Positions 24,775-35,697 of a DNA stretch of 64,000 nt are shown piece by piece; position 1 is the first letter of the stretch, and each line of letters starts with the position of its first letter. The position numbers and the translations under genes are program-made. Under the pieces are notes generated by a model. That model had not been told where the DNA came from. It saw only the letters and a program-made list of their open reading frames with translations, and did no database searches. Location: contig NW_027192201.1 in the NCBI RefSeq assembly GCF_041956535.1, forward strand, positions 424,206 to 488,205, written 5' to 3'. This DNA comes from Calcarisporiella thermophila CBS 279.70. Its lineage: Eukaryota > Fungi > Calcarisporiellomycota.

Positions 24775-27700
24775 ATGAGCAAAAAGCGATGTATAATCAT
24801 AATTGATGATGATGACTTCCAAGAAACTCCCCAGCCGCTCTCGCAGAGAAGAATACCATCGACGTCAAAATCAACTAGCACTTCTAAACGAAGAAAGAAG
24901 AGAGAAATTATTGGCGAACAACTTATATCTCGTTTTGAAGAGCACACCTCGATCACCGACGCGAGGAGCGATGGGGCTGAAGGGAGAATAGCTTCACAAT
25001 GGGCTCGAAAGACCCGCGTCAGGAATGAATCTTCCACTTCGCGAAGAGTGTCTCGTGCACACCCAGGGCGTTTCACCGCGCGCTGGGCAACTATGCCCAC
25101 CGAACTCTGGCGTATGGTACTCGCACGTCTTCCACACCAAGATGTGATGTACAGTTTACCAAAAGTGTGTTCCAAGTTTCATGCTATATGTACTGACCCG
25201 CTCTTTACTCCCTGGCGCCGATGCTTTCACAAACTTGATAAGTATGTCTTTCTCCTTCCGGGCTCAGATACAACGCCGTACATTGAGAATGCAGATCAAA
25301 CACAACTCGCCGTGCTCCGGAATGAGTACTGGATTCGCTATCATGGTATGCTTCGATGGCTCACGGAGCGACATCGTTTTCGTGCATTCCGACATCGCGG
25401 TGAATTGGTCGAATTCTTCGTGTCGTGGAATCCGAAATCCGGGATCGCCCAGTATGCTCCGAGTGTGACCTCCTTGCCCGATGGGCCAGAGCTCGTTGAC
25501 ACGATTGGACGGGGCTTGCGTGCGCGTGGTTTAGGTGAGGTGGCAAATTCGCTTACGACTCTGTACCGGCGATGGCAGATGCCTAGGGCGGTCAGTGAGA
25601 GGCATTCATACAGTATCTTGGCTCTCCTTTTTTTCTGTGTCTGTGGGTCCTTTCGTCAGGAGATGATGGCTGCGTATCAAGTGGCATGTGAGGCGATGCA
25701 ATACGAAGAAGTGTCCGAGTTTATCTACTGTGCACTAGTAGCATTGAAGCACTTTTTGGTCGAGGAGGATGAGGAAACCCAAATCGGCCAAATGCATATG
25801 CTGCCCACCCCATATGTCATGCCGGTGGATCGTAGTGTACGCTCCTTGATATGGGACTTGGAACACACTCTACTGTGGTACGAGCAATATGATTGGACTC
25901 CAGCTCCTGCCCAGCAGCCTCGGCGGCGCTCAGCGAGCAGTAAACCACAGACGCCTCCTTTGACACAGGAACAAGCCAAAATAGTACAGTATCGACCTAA
26001 ATCCGACAACGAGGTAGGTCTCCTTCCCTTCCCAGTCTATTTGTTCATTTCTCTAGGGTACACTGAATATTTTGTTTTAACCACGTTAGGTCATTTTAGT
26101 GCTAAGTTTTGCCGGAACAGGGAAAACTAGCACGCTGGTGGCATTTGCCGCTGCGCGGAAAAACCAACTCATGCTTTACGTTGCTTTCAACCGAGCCATC
26201 CGCGAAGAAAGCACTTCGAAATTTCCGCATTGGGTGAAGTTTTTTAACCAAATGAGAGTAGAGCCCATTTCAACTGACGAATATTACTCTTTAGGTGGAT
26301 TGCCGGACAATGCATTCTTTAGCTTTCAAATATGTTGCTTCGAACTTTCCCCCGCTCCTAAAAAAGGTGGTCAACCACGAATTATCCTCGAGTGTTGTTG
26401 CTCGGACACTTGAGCGGCTGGCAGATATGCCCATCACGATCAGATTTGTTTTGCAGACTCTCAACCACTTTCTATGGTCTGAGGATGATGAAATTGGGGA
26501 AAAACACGTGTCGAAAAAGGCAAAAATACACTATGAGGAGAAGCGAGCAGAGTTCAAGGCTGCAAAAAAATCCAACAAGCAGTTTGATTATGCTTCTCCA
26601 GCAGGTAGTGATCGAAACAGTCTTGAATTCCATTGTTCACCAACACAATGTATTTTTTCTTCCGATAGACCTGGTAAAATACGCTAAAATACTTTGGGAA
26701 AGAATGATCAACCCAGAGGATGACCTCGTGCTTGTCCCCGATGCGTATTTGAAGCTTATGCAATTAGAAAAGAATTCAAAAAAGGTTCCCTATAAGTTCA
26801 TTTTATTCGATGAAGTCCAGGTAAGGATTATTCAATGTCTGCTTGAGATTGGGATGCGATCATAGATTGTTTCAAACATTTGGCAGGATGCGACACCTGC
26901 TATGATATCGATCATCACGAGACAACCAGTCGTAAAAATCTTTGTTGGTGATGGTAAATTATAGTTAGGGTGCTGTTGCTCTTGATCTCTCCTTTAATCT
27001 CCGATTACCCTCAATAGAGCACCAGGCAATATATTCATGGCGAGGGGCACGCAATGCCATCCAAAAGATTCAATATGATACTCTGTTCCGCTTAACCAAG
27101 TCGTTCCGGTTCGGATTAGAAGTGGCAGAGATGTCTAACATGATACTGAGCGGATTCAAAGGGGAGCACACTCCATTGTACGGAAGCGAACGCACCACGG
27201 TGGTGTGTAGCTCGGGGCAGAATGAAGCAAACGCCCGGGGAACCACCTTTATCGGCAGAACGAATGCAGGTAGTGTAGCTCTGCCCTGCCGCTTCGATGC
27301 TTCGGCTTTGTTGGATTTCTTGTTGACCAAATCCATCTCTAGGGCTCTTTGGAAAGGCCGTGGAGCTCACGGCCGATCCCTCCTCTTCTGTTCGGCTTGC
27401 TTTTTGTGGTGGGTCCGATCCAATCAATACGTTTCTCGAGGAGATTGAGGATGCGTACGCACTCTACACAGGACGACACCGTCGCGATGTCAAGCGTACT
27501 AGTGCACTTCGTCCTTTCGCGGATTGGAGGGCTCTCGTCAAGTTTGTGGAAGCAACAGAGGATGCTCGACTGCAGACGCTTGTGGATGTGGTGGAGAAAT
27601 TTGCGTCACGCTCGCTCGATCAACTGGTAGAAAATGTGCGCAGTAAGCTGGTCAAGGACATGGGTGGCGCGGATTACATATTGACCACGGTTCACAAGGC

Positions 27701-28499
27701 GAAGGGCTTGGAGTTTGATGAGGTGGTGCTGGTGGACGATTTTATCAAGGTTTACAGCGTGAGGGATGAAACGGAGAAGTTGGATAGCGTGTGGTTCACG
27801 GAATCCATCAACTGGTATACCTACTATAACCTGTGCCAGGCTTGTGTTCAGCACTTAATCTATTGTTGTTCAAGCCTATATGTAGCGATGACTCGTGCGA
27901 AAAAGAAACTCACTCTCAATAGGGAAACCGCAAATCTTATGAAATACCTACACGGCGGAAATCGGTGAGTGAAGCGGGCAGCCCCCGCCCCCCCTCTCTT
28001 CTTCTCGCCGCCTCTATCCTCCCAACTGACCTTGTATTCTTATTTTGCGATCTTTACCTGCTAGCACCATTTACCGAGTTTTGCCAGATTCGTTATGCGG
28101 CTTTTGCGGAGAATGGTGCATAGTTGAAATGAATTTAAAGCTGTTTACGCAATATTCTTAATTGATCGATTTGTGGCTATGAATTTTAGGGGCCAACACT
28201 TTGTAAAAATGACGTACAACCTTGAGGGAGTAAAATGTGGAGGGTCGCCTCCAGCTTCTCAACAAGTAGCCGCTTCTTCACAATTCTTATCCGCATCCCA
28301 GGTGCATTCTACTTCACAAGAAACTTACGAATCACAACCGGGTGGCTATAGGGAGTGCCAAGCAATGGAGGAGAACAATTTGGAATGCTTGAACTGTCGA
28401 ATGAAAATATATGCTCCACGCGGCATTGGAAACGGAGAGGAACGAAGAATGTCCGAGGAGGGCCAGTTTGTGAATTTTGTTAGAAAACTCTTGGGTTGA
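24775..28499 (+). CDS. FBH1: F-box DNA helicase 1 (F-box + UvrD-type SF1 helicase); multi-exon
   Basis: F-box MPTELWRMVLARLP...LPKVCSKF; LTQEQ, Walker A FAGTGKTSTL, AFNR, T.HSLAF, FDEVQD, VGD.HQAIYSWRGA, LTKSFRFG, TVHKAKGLEFDEV, LYVAMTRAK; C-terminal CGFC...CLNC. Confidence 0.93.
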
Positions 28500-28793
28500 C
28501 CGTTTTTATTTGTAATACTATTCGTTGTTCTTTTTTTTTCACCTAGGAAACAAATGTTTTCGAGAAGGATTTTTAGCTTTTTGTAAATAGATAAACTTCC
28601 ATGTCCGATAATTTCTATGAAGCATCCACAGAAAACTTCGCCCTTCCTATAATCCGAATAAAGTTTCCCTTAATTTTTAGTTTACGTCACACTACCCTTT
28701 GGATGAATTTGTCGCCACCCGTATTTTCTATTTTATAGAGCTTCGAACGTGTTCAGCAAATCGTGCGATTATAATAGTCCCATAATCTATCCT

Positions 28794-30122
28794 ATGTCAT
28801 CTCTTGAGGATTCACTCAAAAACACACATCTGGGTATGTGGACTCTTAATATAAACACACGAGAAACTCATTCTAATTTTTTATTTCACTTCGCCCGGCT
28901 TAGACATCAAGTCACGCCCACCAGCCGTATCGGACACAGATGATGAGGAGCCTGGGGCGGCAAACGAATCCGATGAAGAGGGACCTGAAGCAAAAGCTAT
29001 GCTGCAATCAGAAAAGGCTATCAAGAGTGGGTATCTTTTAAAGAAAGGTGAAAAGCGAAAGGTAATTTATCTTTTTTTTCCTTGGCTTTTCATATTTAAC
29101 CCAATGATAATCGTCAATAACGCTCTATAGACGTGGAAAAAGAGATGGTTCGTACTAAGATCCACAAAAATAGCATACTATAAGGATGAAAAAGTAGATG
29201 GATCAAGCTATAATGGTGGATAATGTAGCAGAGCTTTACTTACTTCCTTTCATCATAGGAATATAAGTTATTACACGTCATGGACCTGCAGGACGTGCAC
29301 ACGGTAGAAGAAGTGAAGCACAAAGATAAACAGAATGTTTTCGTGATTGTGACGCCTGCACGCACTTACTTTATCCGTGCTGATTCACGTCCCATCATGG
29401 AGTCGTGGATATCTGCAATTAATGGAGCACGAGCGCAGGCTGAGAAACCAAGAGAAGAGCAAGAAGAGGACGAAGATGAGAGAGCAGTGCCCAACATCAT
29501 CACAAACCCTACCCAACCCGTCGTAGGAATTCTCAAATCCACTACTGCACCTCAGCCAATTACGATCCCCGTTGCTACACCATCCGAATCCGCAGACCCA
29601 TCATCACACCCGGTCTCTTCCTACTCGAGCGGCGGGCTGGTCGGATCCCGTGACCCATACGACCCAAACATGAGCTCGGAGGATGACGACGACTTTGCAA
29701 GCCCTGTACAGGATATTCCTCCTCACCTTTTGATGGATGATGATCGTGTCCTGCACCAGGGCTATCTCAACAAAATGCGTCGGAACAAAACATGGAAGAA
29801 GCGCTGGTTTGTGCTGAGATCAAGCAGATTTAGCTATTATCGAAACGATCGAGAACTGCAAACCCCTCGACGCTCTGTGCCTTTGTTGACGATACTGGAT
29901 GCGATGGAGATCGATCCGACGGCAAAGAGCAAGACGCCCTATTGCTTCAAAGTGGTCGGGCCCAAACGGAGCTTAATTTTGTGTGCAGATCGCGAAGAGG
30001 AGATGCAGGCTTGGTTAGAGGCGCTAAACCTGGCAATTCGAAAGGCAAAGCGCAAAGCATCGCAACACAGCGACTCTGCAGAGCTGGAAACGATAGGGAG
30101 TTCAACGGCGGTGAAAGGATGA
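28794..30122 (+). CDS. Tandem-PH-domain protein (Opy1-like); 4 exons
   Basis: PH1 KSGYLLKKGEKRK-TWKKRWFVLR...WISAI built from small exons; PH2 HQGYLNKMRRNKTWKKRWFVLR...WLEAL. Confidence 0.85.
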
Positions 30123-30587
30123 TCTTAAAAGAGGAATCAGCGCTTGTGTTTTTTTTTCGCGAGGTATTACCATTATTATTACATTAACCTCTTAAATCTA
30201 TTTTTTATCTTTTTTTTCCTTTGTTTTTTTTTATGTAGATTTTTTTTTACTTTTTTCTCAATCCTTAATGTCTATTTCATTTTTCCTTCTCTTTACCTTT
30301 GGCCGGATCGTTTTGATTTACTTTTAAGTTTGTGTAAATTTTTTTATCTTGCTAGTAATTATCCTATACTTGCGAATATTGCATTTTTGATATATAGGAT
30401 CAGTCTAGAGAATTTGCTTTTGTCGGATTTTTTCGTTTTGGGAAAATTGTTAAACTAAATAAGTTGATATAAATCTCACCAGATCTCGACTTTAGAGGAT
30501 TACGGCAATTTTCTATTTCTAACTTGTTTGGCAGTCTAACCAGCGTTTTCCCATATTAAAAAAAAAAAAATAAAACTGCGGATTCCT

Positions 30588-32066
30588 ATGGATGGTAGTA
30601 ATCCTCCATTTAATGCAACCTCATCAAGGGCTTCCTTGGACATCCCCACCTCTGAATCACATTCTCCACACCTAGTATTTCAGTCCACCCTAACGTCACC
30701 CAGCACCTCCTCCTCCTCTTCCAGTTTAAGTCCGGCATTGCTAAAGAGAGATCTTTGCTACATCGCTGATAAAAATCAAAATCTCTCCTATCCGAAACTA
30801 CCGCAAGCTTACCCTCGCTACCCTACTAATATCGATTTCTCTCTCAGCAATAATATCATTAACGTGGTATTACCCGATTGTGCCCCAACTTCCTCATCGA
30901 ATCAATACACAAAAGCCACCACACCGCCTGGTGAGATGCGTTCACCGGCACGGCTCTCTTCCAGATTGACAACTGATTCGAAGATTGAAGGAAAAGAACT
31001 AGAAAACGTACTAACAGGGGACGAGGAGGATATGTTTCCTGCTGGGTATCTAATGGTGGGTGGATGGATCGGGTATTATTTTTTGATCTGAAACTCTCAT
31101 TAATGTGTGCTTTTGGTTAGATCCAACAATCCTGCGAAAAGATCTCTAGCATGCTTCCCAATGCAGTTAATGATGCAGCAAAACTGGATGATATGATCCT
31201 ATCAGCAATGACTGTAGTTGAGGTATTTAGAAAGACACTGGGAAAGGTGTGTGATCTGACTTTATGATCTTTTGTATTGTTAAACCCTTACCTCTGACTT
31301 GACTACAGAATCGTAAAGGTAAGATCAAGGGTCAATTGAGATGTCAGAATTGCAAGAGGTGGGTTTATTATTTTTGGGGCATGGTCCCGCTTTTTTAACA
31401 ACGTTCGCTTTCTGTCAGCACGGAAACCCCGGAGTGGCGGAAAGGGCCGATGGGTCCTAGGACTCTCTGCAATGCTTGTGGATTGAGTGAGTATCACCTA
31501 TTCTAGTGGGGCTGAGCGGATTACTGCTTGCCACCTGCATGATCTTTTTTCATTCTTCAGCTTCTTACTAACGCTATCATCCTTGCTTGTCATTGTATGA
31601 TTTAGCTTGGGCAAAAACGACACGTCAGAATCATAAAAATCAATCTCATCAACAGTCAAAACGGGGGCGCTTCATGGATAAGGGGTATGATCATGTCCAG
31701 CCTCTCGCTGGCAACTTTTCCGCTTCAACATCATTTCCTCACCAAGCATCGTATGGCGAAGGCATTAATCAGCTGCCCGCCACCACACATACCCAACTCA
31801 CCGCTACAACCTCTACCACCAATTCTGTCGAGTCCGAATACCGACCCTTAGCACCCTCTTTCTCCGCTAGCCATCCGGCAACCTATATTAATCCAAATAA
31901 GAAATCAGCTGTATATTTTGGTGAGCCTAAAAACTCTGTTGCTGGCACTCAACCTGTTCCAGTTGACGGTATCCCTTCTCCTGCCTCTGACTTATCTCTA
32001 CCGGAAATGGCTCCTATAAAGCAGGCCAAATCGAATCGATTGACAATCTCGTCGTTGTTGGATTAG
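30588..32066 (+). CDS. GATA zinc-finger transcription factor, C-x2-C-x18-C-x2-C (NsdD-like); 5 exons
   Basis: Finger [32 protein letters not shown] assembled from exons 31309-31358, 31419-31486 and 31606 onward; not visible in the ORF track. Confidence 0.88.
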
Positions 32067-32450
32067 CGCTGATTTGTGTTTCCAACTCCTTTGTTCATGT
32101 TTTGTGTATAAAATATTGCTGAATTTACAGCTTTTGCTGCTTTACCTGCATGCTCTCTGTTTTTTGGGACATTTAATCTCTTTTTTGTTATTGTTTGCTC
32201 CTTTTCCCTCATATTACTGTGTTAATACATTCGTCAACTTCTCTGCAGTTTTGACTTTTTTTAAACACACTTTGCAAATCAATCGGAAGAGCAGATTTCA
32301 GAATTGCGCCTCTCTCCTCCACTACGATTACTCTCTGTGGCTGGGAATAAAATAAACAAAGGAAATAGCTTTTAAAAAAAATTTCCTAGTCCCCTCAACT
32401 CTTCCATCTTTTCTATTTGTCCCCTTTTCCTTTATATTTCTTGTTGAAAA

Positions 32451-33378
32451 ATGTCAACATTGTTTGTAGGTCGCCTGCCCCCTGATATCCGCCAGCGTGA
32501 GCTCGAGGATGTATTTTCAAAATATGGACGATTGGTTCGTTGCGAAACCAAGGTTTGTGATGATCCCAGATTTTGATTTTGTGATTTGCCCGCCTAATGC
32601 GATTTTGGACCCAATTTTCTCTACATAGCGTGGGCTAAGCTATGGTGAGTGATCCATCCTTGCTCGAATGACATCTCTGATAGAATCATCTGGATTTCTG
32701 GGATAGATTTTGCTATTTTGCTTGCCCATATTCTTGTTAGTCAATCTAGTTTCCTGATCATTCTTTTTAATTTCTATTTCTCCCACTACAGCATTCGGAT
32801 TCGTAGAGTTCGAGGACAAGTGCGTGTCTACATGCTTCCCTAAATGCATTGCTTTCAATTCATCTCCATTTTTTTGATTTAACAGGCGCGATGCTGAGGA
32901 TGCTCTCCGCGAAACCGATGGACGCCGTGTTTTTGGTGATACCAGAATCGTTGTTGAACTTGCCAAGGGCACGAGGAGGGGTGGAGGTGAGCCAGGATCT
33001 GGTGGCTGCTTCCGTTGTGGCAAAGAGGGCCACTGGGCCCGTGATTGCCCCGAAGGCGGCCCTGGTCGTGGCCGCTTCGGCCGCAGCCCTCGTCGCCGAT
33101 CGTACAGCCCCCGGCGCCGTTCATACAGCCCTCGTCGTCGTTCACCCAGTCCGCGCCGTCGCTCACCTAGCCCCAGACGAGGCCGTGACCGTAGACGTTC
33201 TCGCTCTGCCTCAAATGGACGACGGTACGATTCTCGCTCCCCTCCCAGAAACCACGACGACCGTGAGCCCCGCGATGACCTCCCTCCGCGTGACGACTAT
33301 CCTGCCGACGATCATAAGGAACGCGAGCGCTCGCACTCGCGCTCACCACTGCGTGATGGAATGAATGGAGATATGTGA
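32451..33378 (+). CDS. SR splicing factor: RRM + CCHC zinc knuckle + RS domain (SRSF7/9G8/RSZ architecture); exons 32451-32552, 32629-32644, 32792-32819, 32886-33378
   Basis: MSTLFVGRLP...RGLSYAFGFVEFEDKRDAEDA...RIVVELAKG; CFRCGKEGHWARDC; (RRSYSP/RRSPSP)n repeats; absent from the ORF track. Confidence 0.92.
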
Positions 33379-34409
33379 AGTAACCTCTGTTGATTACGGA
33401 TTAAAGGCCATTGAAGTATGGTAAAAATTCCAAAATGGCAGTAATAATTTTCTTCCTCTTATTATAGTATTATGTAGTTGTTTTTCCTTTTGTTTCCTCC
33501 TCTTTGTTTTACTCTTGGTGCCGGTGGCTACTTTTTTCTATTTTTTTAGGGAGTCTCCAGTCTTTCATGGAAGCCTCGAGAGCCTCCGAATGCGGTCAGC
33601 TTCCAAATTGTTTGGGAAATTCTAAGATAAAGCAGACTCATGTTAGGAAATTCAGAGTCAACCTCATAGAGAAAACTTTATCCCCTACACTTGCTGTGAC
33701 GAAACTGCATTTTTCTATCTGGACTTAAGGACCAAGCCCCTAGGCAAACGGCCATCTGCAAAGGTGCCTTCAGAGGAAATAAAAGCGAGCGAACAATAAG
33801 TCATTTAGCGGCTCCATATATATATATATATATTACGTTTTTATATGATTTGGCATATACTACTTCTCTACCTCCAAGATTTTAGGTCTAACCTAAATTC
33901 AATGGAAGAGGTTTATTTTAAGGGAAAATACATAGTAATTTCAATAACAAGCAGGCGATTTTCTGTGAGTTGAAGAAAAAAACTTCCCCTAAACTCCTTA
34001 AATCTACCTTTGATAGACACATTTATATCTATTCGAAGATCAGAGCTAATTTATACCTTAAATTTTACTTGTGAAAGCTTTTTTTAATGCGCATTGCGTA
34101 TATGTTGAAGGGTTTTTGAGGTCAACATACCAGTCTTCAGTTGAAATTTTGGAATATAGCAACGCTACTATATAACTGCTTTTACCTAGAGGAGCATTAT
34201 GACAAATGGCCGTATAGAACTAGATAGCAATAGGGCAGGTTGTTTTATTTCCTAGATATGCACTCTACAGATGCTGAATGAATCATAGTACCTTCTTATT
34301 TCATTGTCGTTTTTAATTATATGTTTCGTACTGGAAAATAGTGTACTCTTCCTATAAGTATAGGAGTGCCCCTTGATTTCTGGCAGACTGTAAATGTTGA
34401 GGGAAAAAT

Positions 34410-34420
34410 TGTGACGTCAC
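34410..34420. promoter_or_regulatory. Palindromic TGTGACGTCAC (CRE/HomolD-like) element ~95 bp upstream of the RPS18 ATG
   Basis: Perfect GTGACGTCAC palindrome; the same TGTGAC core recurs in other promoters of the window. Confidence 0.5.
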
Positions 34421-34511
34421 CTATTGGGTGTTCATGTTTTTAAGAGAATGTCAAATGCAACTCTTGTATAGTTCTTTCCTTTTCAATCCGTGGTTAAGCG
34501 ATTTAGACAAC

Positions 34512-35421
34512 ATGGTAAATGTCGTATTGTGATGAACTTCTAGACAGATGGATGAAAGTGTAGGAGAGGGATAATGATGTGATGGATACTTGTCCCTTGA
34601 AGATGAAGGATGGATAGATGGATATTACTTTGGATAAGAAAATAGAATTGTCATTAATTAAGATCGTCCCCATTTTTCTAATGCAATAGTCCCTCGTCGT
34701 TTCGGAGAAGAACCAGTTCCAGCACATTTTGCGTCTGTTGAACACTAACGTCGATGTAAGTGGGATTTTTCGAAACAGAGATTTCGCGATCGAAGAGTGA
34801 TTTGATGTAATCATTTGATGGAATTCTTTAGGGTCGCGTTAAGATCATGTTCGCCCTGACTGCCATTAAGGGTGTGGGTCGTCGTTATGCCAACCTTGTG
34901 TGCAAGAAGGCCGATGTCGACCTCAACAAGCGTGCCGGTGAGCTCTCCAACGAGGAGCTCGAGCGCATCGTGACCATCATCCAGAACCCTACCCAGTACA
35001 AGATCCCCAACTGGTTCCTCAACAGACAGAAGGACATTGTCGATGGCAAGTACTCCCAGGTGCTGTCTAACGGTCTTGACAATAAGCTGCGTGAGGACTT
35101 GGAGAGGTTGAAGAAGATCCGCGCTCACCGTGGTCTGCGTCACTACTGGGGTCTCCGTGTGCGTGGTCAGCACACCAAGACTACTGGTCGTCGTGGACGT
35201 ACCGTCGGTGTGTCGAAGAAGAAGAGTAAGTGGAACATTTCTTTCTATTTTTCTTGTTGCAAACGTGATGACTTCGATTTTTCATTTCCTTATCTACATT
35301 GTCTGAACATCTTGTTGAAACTCATTTTGTCTGATCCTTGCCTTCTAATTATTCAAAACCCTTTCTTATGCATGCTATGGTGGGATATCTTTACTGACCA
35401 TTTGATATTTACATAGACTAA
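34512..35421 (+). CDS. RPS18: 40S ribosomal protein uS13 (S18); exons 34512-34514, 34690-34755, 34832-35225, 35417-35421
   Basis: [43 protein letters not shown]...[34 protein letters not shown]. Confidence 0.98.
35259..35341 (+). ncRNA. snR62: Intronic box C/D snoRNA, snR62/SNORD34(U34)-type guide for LSU rRNA 2'-O-methylation
   Basis: Box C GTGATGA 35265-35271; D' CTGA 35303-35306; C'-like TTGTTGA 35312-35318; D CTGA 35331-35334; terminal stem GCAA/TTGC; D' guide CCTTATCTACATTGT complementary to conserved LSU ACAAUGUAGAUAAGG (rRNA sequence recalled, not searched). Confidence 0.85.
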
Positions 35422-35641
35422 ACGAAGTTACGAAGTTCTCGCGGCCGGAATACGTTTATTTACTTTTCAGCTTTTTTGTGGTTTTCTTTTGATAATAAAA
35501 AAGAAACTAGGTTATTTTCTCATTCAACAGTATAACTTGCTGTTCCCTTTTCATACAAACTTTGGTTGTCTTAATGCAAAAGCCTCTTTATTACGTGTTC
35601 TTGCGAGTGCTCTCATTCATTGTGCCGTCAAATCACTTTCG

Positions 35642-35649
35642 CAGTCACA
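35642..35649. promoter_or_regulatory. HomolD box CAGTCACA ~50 bp upstream of the XPB ATG
   Basis: Exact match to the fission-yeast HomolD consensus; also present at 53230-53237 between TIM17 and ASH2. Confidence 0.45.
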
Positions 35650-35697
35650 TTCACTATTAAAAGAGTCGGTGCTCTTTCTTGAATCATGTAAAAACCA

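Noticed and set aside
27815-27874. FBH1 in-frame 60-nt intron with GTATAC donor as a possible U12 intron or protein insertion
   Set aside because: GTATACCT does not match GTATCCTT; removing it restores E..NCLYVAMTRAK, so it is an ordinary intron
33400-34400. Intergenic kilobase with several splice-like AG|GT signals on the - strand and an (AT)n tract
   Set aside because: Could not assemble a coherent ORF or recognisable RNA; a divergent lncRNA cannot be supported without RNA data
34529-34600. GTGATGA box-C-like motif in RPS18 intron 1 (also in SR-gene intron 1)
   Set aside because: No downstream CTGA box D or terminal stem
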